A program made the position numbers and the translations under genes. This document shows positions 1 to 11,800 of a stretch of DNA of 64,000 nt, piece by piece. The stretch is from Tubiluchus corallicola. Taxonomy: Eukaryota > Animalia > Priapulida. Location of the stretch: contig JAQGDQ010000172.1 of the NCBI GenBank assembly GCA_030141605.1, positions 381,695 to 445,694 of the forward strand, written 5' to 3'. The notes below the pieces were generated by a model. It was not told the origin of the DNA. It searched no databases and was given only the letters and a program-made list of their open reading frames with translations. The stretch's first letter is position 1, and each line of letters begins with the position of its first letter.

Positions 1-2230
1 AATTACAAAAAATAAGAACAGAAATGGCACAGAAGAAACACATAACTGAATAAGGACAAAGTGATCAAGCAAGAAGAATAACAAAGCGGTGGAATGTATA
101 AAATGACAATGGAGGCTGGATTAATAAGATTTAAAAGAATTTGGGAATTAAGAAGAAGGGCAGAAAGAAAGAGGAACGTTGCACTATAAGGGACAATGAG
201 AAAATGATTAGTGACTGTGAAGAAATAAAAAAATACAGGAACTATTGCAAAGAATTACTTACAATGAAAACAAATTTCTAAAGTTGAAGAAATGGTGAAT
301 AAAATTTTTAAACAAATTGTGAGAACTAGGAAAACAATGAGAAATTAAAGAAATTACAATGGAAGAAACAGAAGAAGCTGTTAAGAATTTAAAAAATGAA
401 AAGCAGGGGATATGCAAGGGTTGACAAGTGGAAATGATAAACAGATTATATATGTACGACGTGATCTAAAGCAAAGCATATAGTTACATTTTAATAAAGT
501 AAAAAATAATTATTATGGAGTTCCAAGTTTGTGGAAAGAAATGAAAATAAAGTCGTTAACTAAAAAGGCGGAAGTAGACATGACATAACTAATAGAAGAG
601 GCATATTTTAACAAATGGATTAATGGAGTTATTTGAGAGAACTCTGCTGAAAAAATGAAAATTTTTTAGAAAATAGAATAACACAAAATCAATGTGGTGG
701 ACGAAAAAACATGGGAACAGTGTATCATATATTTACTATAAAAATATCATTTTATAGGCTAACCAAGTAACATATATGGATTGGATAGGAATTTAAAGTG
801 ATTTTTAGATACTTAAAAGTGTTTCAATAAACTATGGCTGGGGGACTGTTTAACTGAAGTATGGCTGAAAGGAATATCACCTGAAGAAATAAATGTGATA
901 CATCATATGAAAAAAGAGGGGGAAGCAAAAATTGAGTTACCAGTTGGGGAGGAAACACAGAGGTTAGAATTAAGTGAAATTGCGCAGCAAGGGACAGTCT
1001 GGGCTACCAAGACTGTGTAGTGTAACAACAGCTAGAATAAATAATGTGGGAGAAAATGTAAATGTGGCTATCGGATCAGAAAAACGAACAAATGCCAAAA
1101 TAGATGTTGATGATACCATAGGTATGGGGGAAATGAACAATTGATCAGTATGGCAAAAATTTGTAAATATTTTGAGCAAAAGAAAAATTTGCTTTTAATA
1201 TTAAGAGTCGCAGATATTAAAAACAGTTTAAAAGAAGCAAAAGAAATATAAAGAAAATTATACGGCAATTGTAAGAGTAAGAAGCGAATAATTTCTGAAA
1301 CAAAATGGTACAAGTATCTAGGAGATCGGAGAAAAGGTCGGAATTTTGGTAAAAGAAAATTAGTGTGGGGTAACATAAAGAGAGTTGGGGAATATGCTGT
1401 GGAAACAAATATTACATTTGACTGAGACAGTAATTACACCAAGTGTGATATACAACAGAGAAATTTGAGAGGAAATAACAAAAAAGAGTTAAAGAAAATG
1501 GAAAAAAATATAAAAAGGGATGTTACAAAAATATTTCTACAGAAGGCATCAGCAAGTTATTGCGGAATGTTGATAGAAACAGAGGTCTGGCCAATGGAGC
1601 AGCGGGTAGATTATAAAAGGTTATGTAGTAATGTAATTTACAATCTAGTAAATTCAAAAGAATCTAGAGATGCTTATAAAGCTATGAAAGAGATGTGGAG
1701 AAAAGAAATTAAAAGTGGTTGGACTCAGACTATAGATTGATTAGCAAAAAATATGATTTAGAAATACAAAATGACTATTTTAATACAAGTACAAAAATCA
1801 TCGTGGAAAAAAACAAGTTAAAGAAAGTATAAGGAAAATAATAAAAGAAAATGCCGCGGAAGAGATAAGTTTAAAAACAAAGTTAAGATTTCTGCAGTAT
1901 GAATAGGACAACCCAAAACACTGCATAATAGACTTAACACCAGAGTAAATAAAATGAGTGCCAGAAATGAAATTAAATTTTTACCACTAAATAATAATTA
2001 CAAGAGCTGGTTTAAGATTTGAGGTGTCCATTATTATAAAAAGGAAGAGGATAACAGCGAGCATCTGTTTGATTGTGATATGGCTAAAAACAGTACCAAA
2101 ACAAGAAAGAAATTTCCAAGAAATGATAAAGTCAGATGATCCAAAAGTGCTAAGGAAATATTGCTGAAAATAGAGCAGATGGTTGAGGACACAATGAAAC
2201 AATGAGCACTGAGATAAAGCTCCAAAAAGA
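1..2230 (+). mobile_element. Decayed non-LTR retrotransposon (LINE) ORF2 reverse-transcriptase region, probably extending beyond the window's 5' edge
   Basis: Purine-rich, frameshifted RT-like motifs: QCGGRKNMGT (~690), QGTVWAT (~990), WYKYLG (~1305), TVITPSVIYN (~1430). Confidence 0.8.
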
Positions 2231-2934
2231 AGAATAACGGAAAATAGATTATTTTACAGCAATATTCAGTGCGACACATAAGTAAATTCTTTAGTGCATA
2301 TTTGATTATGTGTCAGAATGCGTGGACACCGAGGAAACCATGAAACAAAGAAAACAGAATGAAAACCAGATTTAGAAGAACCCTCGGTAGCTTTTTTCGC
2401 TACACACATACATTTGAGCAATCATTTGTCATTTGATCAATTTCACAGTTTCTCTCTTTCTCAAAGTTTTCTATCCTCTCCTTCACTGGCCTGTCTGTTA
2501 GAATCTTTTGTTCATTTGCTCATACTTGTTTCTTTACAATAAACTGTGGAAACTCAATAAATGTGGTTGCTTTATAATTTGTAAGATCGTTTTTCTCATA
2601 CATGTATTTTATTGTGGTATAATATAAAATAATAATCACGTTTTGTAAGGCCTGCTTAATTTTTGTGATAATGTCTTGCATTTATGCTATGCTGTCTGGT
2701 ATTATTTAAGTGTTCGTGTTTAAGTGGTCCAAAAAGAAGAATTAATTGAAATGACTAGAATTAACTAACAGAAGTGATATAAAGGCCATGACGAAAAAAC
2801 TCATAATAACACCAGCAATGATAATGACACCAAAGATGTTGATGATGACGATCAATTTCAAATGGAAATAATTTGTGAACTCGATAAAAGCAGCACAAAA
2901 CAGTATAACAGGTAATTTTGCTTACGAGTATCAT

Positions 2935-2998
2935 CTTTATCACCATCGTCATCGTCGTCGTCATCACCGTCGTCGCCGTCATCGTCATCATTATCATC
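2935..2998. repeat. (CGT/CAT)n trinucleotide repeat
   Basis: Direct inspection. Confidence 0.85.
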
Positions 2999-4150
2999 CA
3001 TGTATGTGCTATGACATTACACTTGTTAACAGCATGTACCACTTGTTGACGCCGAGCACTTCTGTAACTGCTTTCGATCCACGCTCCTTCCAATATAGAG
3101 CTGTACTTTTACTTGCTAATTAAATCCCGTCAGCAGTTGGATTTTCTTGTTGATTTAAGAGCTTGATATTTTCTTATAATGCTGTAGAAAAAAGAGATAC
3201 CTGGGGCAACTGTAATGCATGTCTAGGAAAAAATGTAGTCTTCTCATTAGGATTTACTTATTCTATGGGTCTTTATTTACAACGTCATACAAATTATCAT
3301 TCGACATTCTGTCATTCCATTTGATACCTAATATCATTCTCTAGCGACATCTTTGAAAAACCTCTATTTCTTTCTATTGTTAGCTTTTATTGTCTATAGT
3401 TAGGCAATGTGTAAAATAACAGGTTCAACTGAACTAGAGAAAATCTGTTGTTTTTGAAAACCACCGTGAGATCTGAGTAACAGGCTGTAGGACAATGCTG
3501 GAATTCTCCTCTACATTTTATGTCAGCTTTAATGTCTAACAACCTGAAAACTTATTCCTTCGCCGTTACCAAATATAGGTCATTTTAATCAAACGTAACA
3601 GCTTCCCAATGTAAATCATTCCACTTTCAGGGCACCTGTAAAATAAAACTGGGATTAGGTTTAACCTGCACTTAATGTTGCTGCATTCGAGAAAGTCGAA
3701 AGCATAGAAGTCATCAAAAGATCCTTGGATATCAAATAATGAAATGTGACTGCCATGTAAACACGACTGAATGAATTATAATCCCAAATGCGCGAGTATG
3801 GTCGTGTTTTCACTTCTTATGCCGGGTTCAATGTGTTTCGCTTTTTCCCTTTTTCGCTTATCACGTTTTGGCTCTTACCTCACACCTCGGACTCTTAAAC
3901 AATCCCAGCTTTCTTAACCGTATTATTGTCTCTATCACAGGCGTGTACCTACACAAGTTTTCTAATTCTAGCTGGGCTTCCGCGTTTGCATATGCGACAA
4001 ATTAAAAAATCTAAAGTCGACGCATAAAAAAATCAGCCTATAGGCCTACATACTCATAGATTCGCATTGTTCCGGATAAAAATGGAGTAGATTAATGCTG
4101 AGGACGACCTAGCTGCTTATGCCTATGTGCAGTGAAATTGGCGTCGGTTT

Positions 4151-4250
4151 ATTCTCTAAACTTATCCTTTCTTATTTCTTTAAGACTGATATAAATGCTC
4201 ATTCTCTAAGCTTATCCTTTCTTATTTCTTTAAGACTGATATAAATGCTC
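4151..4250. repeat. 50-bp tandem duplication (2 copies, 1 mismatch)
   Basis: attctctaa(a/g)cttatcctttcttatttctttaagactgatataaatgctc x2. Confidence 0.95.
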
Positions 4251-5663
4251 ACTGCCTACTCTAACTATACACAAAGCAGTACATAAAAATAAATTCGAAA
4301 TCAGTACAGTAATATAATATTACTACGCTCTCATTATACATACCGTACATTGAAAATAATAATAATCATGCTAAGGAACAGTGAATGATGCATAATAATA
4401 ATTATTATTATTAAACTGACAACAATATTTAAAACAATTGGCAAACCTATTTACACAAATGCATTTTACGTAAAGAAGCCTATGGTGTGAATTAGTTGAC
4501 TTAATAAAGCGACTAAGTAAGTTATAATAAATACCTACATATTTACACTGTATGCATGAACAATAAATAAATGAATACATACAAAGTAAAGTAAAAATAA
4601 ATGTATGTTGTAAATACGACTATAAATCAGATTATATAACTATAAGTGTAACAAATCGATAATGTTTTGATTAACATTAAGTGATGCATTGTTTTATTTA
4701 TTGTGCTGTTTGCCATTAACTTCATCAGTTATATATATCACCCTGTTCTGTTGACTAGAGTAGAGAAAATAATTTCATACGTTTGAAAACTTAGAAAAGA
4801 AACAAATTACCTGTAAAGAATACACATTGCACTGTATATTCTATAAAACAAATATAATACGAACAATTTATCTCGGTGTATTGCTCGGTGATCATAAATA
4901 ATTGGCTAATTTATTTTGAAATTAAGGAGAATATAATATCAATGCTCTTTTACAGAATTTATTTTAAATGCTTAACTTTGCTGTGTTCGTCTCGTGAGAA
5001 TTATCTTTTGTGACACGGAAAGTTTAAATTTCAAACGAGGTGCAACAATATAGCCGAATTCTGTTAATAGTATAATACATAGTTCTTTCATGAAGTATTC
5101 ATGAATAAAAAATACGACCTGTCTATACAAATATTTTCGCAATCTAATATGTAGTCTATCATTACTTAAAAAACTGCGTAAAGACAGTAATTTGACTAGA
5201 AAGTAGCTTTGGTGATTATTGTGCAGAAATGCATTATTTAAAGTAATTTAACAAAATAACAACTTAATTTAAAAGTTAAATTGCGTGATGGTATAAAACT
5301 TTACAATTTATCACACGATAATAATTGCCAGCAATGATGCCTGAAATTCAATGTATTAATATCTAATTAATAAATGTTTCTATTACTTAAATATAGATCT
5401 TATACACAAGGTACCTATATTACGGCGCATCTTCAACTTTGTACTTACTAAATGTGTAAAGGTGGTACCTATAAGCATATAATTTTACCTCATAATTGGT
5501 AGCCCCACAACCACAGAAATAAGCCACAGGGATCATTATAGCTATTACTATATAAATTATCGATTCTCATAACACATGTATACAATATAACCCATATGTT
5601 CGTCAATATTACAGATTCTGTATCAAATTAACAGGAAAGTATCCATAGATATATCTGATTACT

Positions 5664-5835
5664 TCATCTGCTATAGCTGCGGCTACGGCTTCGGCTATAC
5701 CATGGTGTTATTGAACGGCTACGACTGCGTGAGTATGATGCTGACGTCCATGACCCATATGGGCTCCAACTGCTCTCATCATCTGAAGGGGTTGGGGGCG
5801 TTTCTCTTCGGTAGGGCACAGGTCTCTTCCTTGCA
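5664..5835 (-). CDS. Srrm234: Terminal exon: second half of eMIC (S-ARKRPVPYRR) plus RS tail, TGA stop
   Basis: Acceptor TTCTAATTCTAG|T GCA AGG AAG AGA CCT GTG CCC TAC; corresponds to ORF 5664..5852. Confidence 0.92.
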
Positions 5836-8800
5836 CTAGAATTAGAAACCAATAACTCTGCATTAACTCACACTACAAAACACAGAACAAATCTGGACTA
5901 AGAGTGTTTTTAAAACTTTATAGTTTAAACTGCAATAACGAAAATATGGCTATAGAGACTCTGACTAGGACTCTACCGATTTTAGATGCGAATGAAATAA
6001 ATAATGAAAAAAATACATCATTATTATGGTCTTCTGTATGTTTTCTTTTTTCTATTAAAATAACAACTTTACTTAAACCCTAAAAGCAAAGCATTAAAAA
6101 AACATCCAGGCTTCTCGACTGCAAACATATAGTCTTCATCATTGGACTGTTTTGTGTTAGAAGCCATGTAGGTTTATATAGGCTAATTGCTTAGAGTAAG
6201 TGTACATATGACTAGAAGCCCATTGATGAGGTGTAAACAATGCAGATACAGCATTTAGACAGAAAGTACAATGGTACTATAAAAATAAAGATAATTGAGA
6301 TTGAGTTACCTTGCATATCGAGACAGGGCGCATTATTGTGTACTGATAGACTTTCTTCCTTTAAATAAGAGATCATACTTCTGCCGCTGAACAAACTCGT
6401 GACTGCAGTCATTTCAGTACTGTCTATGCTAGAGCTAGAAATGACTGTGATCTCTTAATTAAAGAACGTCTGTCAATGTACAGCAACAACCCCTCCTTTA
6501 ATGTTCAAGGTAGTTCAACCATCTTATCTTTGTTTTCATAATACCCCTGTACTTACTCTAAATAGTTGTTATATCTACTTATTTACATACCTACCTCATC
6601 AATTGGCTACTAATTATGCATAAACTTACTGTAAGCAGTTAGGCCTATATAGACCTTCATGTCACACAAAAGAGTCCACTGCCAGCTTTTTGCAGTCGAA
6701 ACTTTTGGACGTTTTTTGTGCTTTGCTTGCTTTTCTTTGAGTGTTTTGCAATGTTGTTACTTTAAAAAAAATATTCATTCACTGTCTGTTTACTGGTTTT
6801 CCTTTTTTACCTGAAACTGATAGACAGCAGTATGTTGAAATGTCTTTGTGTCTTTCAAATCTGTTTACTTGTACACCCAATTTTCATAAGAAACGCAAAC
6901 ATATATATGTGCAATTACATCTAGCAATATCATGAAATCCACATGCAGTTATAGCAACATAGCGACAAACTAAGTTTTACTGATAGTCTGTCTAAATATT
7001 ATCTGTAAACTACAATGTTAGTGTGTTATTGTAGACTAAACTGGCGACATTTGCAGAAATTGCATATAATTATTAGTAGGCTACCATATTGTAAATGACA
7101 GCATATAACTAACCTTAAGTAATAATTTTGAAATGGTAAGTGCACATTGAATAGCACTCAACGGGTTTGCTATTTGTAGTTAAGTGCTATTACAGTATTA
7201 GTCACTTTATTAGTGTTTTAGTCGCGATAAATTAATTTTAGTTATTAATTCTTATTACATATATTTAATTAAAATATTACTGCTCGTATATGCCTCATTG
7301 TATTGCTTGCGTATAGGCTAGGTAAATCTGTAAAAAAAACAATTTTTACGTTGAAAAAATAAGTAATAACTTTTGTTATAACGAGAAGAAAATCAAAATT
7401 TTCCTCATTATATTGTAATCTACAGTTCGTAATAATTTTTATGCAAACCTGGTGATTCTTCTTCTGGATTTGAAAGACGGTGAAACTCTTTTGCGTAGAG
7501 GGCGTCGCTTTCTTGGACTAGTTGAACGACTGCAAGTTGCTGAACGAGATTGCCTGGCCCTAGATGCTGATCTTGACCTTGACATCCTAGCTCGTGACCT
7601 TGACCTTGACGAAGAGTGATGACTACTTATTTGTGACCTGCAAATTCACCAAACCACTGACATTACAATTTTTGCTTTCTGTGTCACCTTTTGTTAAAGA
7701 TGTTTTTTTCTGTGAAATCTGGCACCTGACGATTAAAAAAATTGATAATTTGTGCAGAAGATTTATTAGAGATGTTCATTGGGATAAACTTTTGGAGAGG
7801 TTATAAAAATAAAAATAGCAAGATTTTACTTACTGAAACTTTGACTGCTTTGACATTGAAACTTTGACTCAAAAATAAGAGCATCATTTAGCAGTTAATC
7901 AGCAAAAAGGATGTGAAATGGAGAGGGAAGAAAAATAACAAAAAGTACAGGAGGAAATTTAGAAAGAGAGAGAGAGAAAGAGAGAGAGATGATAATACTG
8001 AATGCTCAAATCATGCCCAATGTGGTCAGAATCAGATGCACAACCTCAATTATAGCAAAACACACAGTATGCTCTAATTTTAAATAACTATTTCATTCGT
8101 ACATTAGAAAAACATTATTAAAACACAGCTTAAATTAGTTAACACAATATTTTTGACGTGGTCGTCATTTTGATTTTAATGAATTCTCATTGTTTTATTT
8201 TTGTAGGAATTGCACTTAGCAATGAAATCACTACTTGTAGTATTTTTTCGACAAGTGACCGTAGGTCAAAGATCTGCCAATCTCCTGTCAACTTATACCA
8301 TTCATTTCACCCTATCGAGGCTTTCCTTTGATACACTAGAAGCTAGCGTCGTTTGATGCTAAAGCATTTGTCTCCCCGAACCCTGCTTTGCCCCCTAGTT
8401 GGGTCACACGACAACCCGTTTTGCTGAAATTTACACCGTTCAATTCGTCTCATTGAAACTTTTCATTTTATCTCCTGCAAGCTATTGTCGATTTACATCT
8501 GAGCCATTTCCGTCCTCACCTCCAAATTTTGGTTTTTGCCCTCTAGCGGAAAGTACTCCAATATCTACGTGCCCATATTCAGCCATGCGCAAGACCTTGA
8601 TCCAATTTAGTCATATGCTAAAAATTGTAGCAATAGCTCAAAAACTTTAGGAGCAGATAGAACCTAGCGAACCTATCCCGTTCGCTCTGCAACGTTTCAC
8701 CCGGCATTGTCGGGTCACTACCTACATAATTCTTTTAACTTAAGGAGTGCGCCCTGTGAGTTTTGCGTCCCTAGCCTTTTACTGCTGCTTGGCAATTTTT

Positions 8801-11800
8801 TAAAACCCTGGGGTGCGCATTTACCCCCAGGTACCTAAATACTTGTGAAAAAAATAAAAAATATTCTGAAATACCTGAAAGGAAGAGTTGAATCACAATC
8901 GTAAAATTGACCTTCGTCTATTGACATTAACCCCTTGATTAGATGTCAAAGGTCAACCTATTGCTGCCCTTCTCCCGTCCAGAACTACCCTCCCTGTGAG
9001 TTTTGCAAATTTAGAATGCAAGGCTAATGAGCGAAATGTTTGTGGTGTGTAAAAGTTAAATAACTGTATGAGATTCAAGAAGATTTTTTTAGCAAAACTT
9101 TAATTATACCTCGAGCGAGATCTTGAGCGACTCCAGGTTTTTGATTTCGATTTTGCTGCTCTCACTGTGTGAGGTGGCGACTGTGATCTTGATACACTCC
9201 TGCTCCGCGGCTGTAGCTTATAGGCAACTGGAAGAGGAGGCGGTGAATTACTCGGTGATTTCGCCTCCTTCATTTCTACTAACGGCCTAGGAGAGATATC
9301 TAGAAGCGGGGATGCCAGAAAGGTAAAGGGAGAATCCCAACCGTTTACCTTTTCGTTTCGAGATGACGTATTTGATAAAGGAGGCGCATTTCTTGCATCT
9401 AAAGGTATTTTTAGTTTGCTTGGTGTGATGGACCGTGTACTTCTTGCTGAAGCTGTTGAAGACCTCGAAGAGTCTGATGCAAATCGAGACCTCATTAACT
9501 GACGTATTTTACTGCTCGAGGTACTGGAAGTAGACCTAGAGGAACGCGACCTTGATCTGGACCTTGACTTTGATCTTGAATTTGATCTTAATATTGGTTT
9601 AAGTTTAGGGCTTGAGCTTAATATTGAACGTGATCTGGAATGCATTCGTGGAGATTTTCTCTTATACTTTGCTTTCTGGACTGTTGCAGTTAAGTTTGTC
9701 AAAGTCTTTCTCTTTTCTCCAGAAACTTGTAAAAGTGGCGAATTACTCTGAAAAATATATTATGTAGTCGTAAATGCTGATACAGACATCAGGAGCTGAT
9801 ACAACAAGGTTTCCAAAACGAAAAGTAACAGAACTTACCAACAAATGCTGTAACCATACCACTATTATACCATACAAAGCCAATAAGTAGGGTCATACCA
9901 AATTATAGCGGAAAAGTTGGAATTATATAAATATAATGACATGTCACAATGATGAAATCCAGATTCATTTTGAGGTATTTCTTCAGCATGCCTCAGAACA
10001 TCAACATAATAAACCTTTCCAGCGATTGATGATGATCGTGAAAGGGTCAACGGCTAAGTGTACCAAACAACTTATTCGTGTACACTTGAAACGCCTCGCA
10101 ACCCATGCTATTGTAACAGTAACAGTTTTAACAGTTACATAGAACCTTACCTAGTTCATTTTTTCTTATTCACAAGCAAGATCCTACTAGTAAGTCACTC
10201 TACTCACAGACTAATGAATAATTAAGTAAAGTCCACATAAAACAACGGAAGTTTACTGAACTGATGTGCTTTACCCCTATGGCCACATGTCACGTGGCGG
10301 TTGTAGTTAAGACCGCTTGTGGTACACTCAACCTTTGACCTACAGCAACTGCGCGTGTGAAAAGGCTTATTTAATTTCTACTGCACTGTTCCTTTTGAAA
10401 CACCCAGTATAATACATAATGAAAATATTCATGTAGCATGTACCTGTCTAGAATTTGAAACGCCACATTTTCCATTTTCAGTCTTGACGTCTTTTTCTAT
10501 TCCATCAAATTAATGTTCAAGTAAGTTTTACATTAACACAGCCTACCGTGAAAAGGTCACGGAGTCGTAACATAATGCTCTATTTAGCAAATTCGCTATC
10601 GTGACTAAGTCATAAAAAGTAGTCGTTCAATGATGCTTTCTATTTCGTTATTGACGTTGATTAAACACACTATTGTGAATTATGGTATAACTTACAGAGT
10701 GCATGATAATTTACAAATTTTCATGAGTTCATCCAAATTAGCCTTGGACTAGATGTTAGACTAGATGTTGGACTAGCATTAGATGTTTAAACAGTAACAA
10801 TATATAGATAATAATAACAACAATAATGCGCTCACTAACTTTTTCAGTTGTCTTTACAGCTAAGTAGGTTTTCTGTTGAAACTCTGAACATTTTTTTTAC
10901 ATTTCTTAACAATGAAAGATTTTTTAAGCGCCATATATTGTATTCGATAAATATCATTACGTACACTATGATACAAAATTTTCGGCAGACATACTTTTGA
11001 CTTTTCCACATTATGAGAATGACTGTGATTCCTGCTTGAAGATTTCCTTTTTCTTTTAGGCTTTTTTCTTTTCAGCAACTGAAAAGCAATACAAAAAAGC
11101 ACATTATATCAGGAGCAGTGGAGTTGCCCAAGTAAATGCAGGCATAACAGTTTTTGTGAAACAGTGGACTGTTTACGTATACTGTAGTATGACTCTTGAA
11201 ATTTGTAACTTTTATTTTTTCTTGTAAAAAATGGCCGTCAAACACTGTCAACCATTTTCTCTCACTTTAGAAATAATTGAGGCATACCTTTCCATTTTCG
11301 TCTCTTTTGCGAAGATGATCACCCTCTCTTCGTCTGCGCAACTTTTTTGGCTTCTCACCTGAACCTTGACCAGTTAAACTGCTGAAACGATCAGAGAATT
11401 GATCTGGATCAGCTAACAATGCTACAAATCGCCTAATCAGTATTCACAGTATACTTGGTTTGGTGTAACACACAACAAATTACACATTTCGTCTCAAGTC
11501 ACCTCATCTCTCAGATCAGCTCACCTCATCTCACGTGCCTTACTTCATTTGACATAAACTGAAATGCTCACTCATTTTACCGTTCTTTTCTCTGTGTACT
11601 CTCACTTCACATTTTCTCCCTTATCTCACATGGCTTCACGCCTTCAATTCCGTACCTCATGATCTGATTTCGCTAGACCCCATTTTTTCTCACGATTTCA
11701 TTTCTCATCTCAACAGATAATCAACGGTTAAATTTAGGAGAAAGACGGCTCTGAAAATTTGGAGTTCAAGATTCGAACTCCGAGCCTTGCGATATCAGGT

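Noticed and set aside
6552-6560. Another TAG|A|GTAAGT 1-nt exon pattern
   Set aside because: No pyrimidine tract and it lies inside the foldback element; it illustrates the chance background for such motifs.
10030-10095. Hairpin aagtgtac/gtacactt followed by GAAAC (hammerhead-like)
   Set aside because: No CTGANGA core adjoining the stem.
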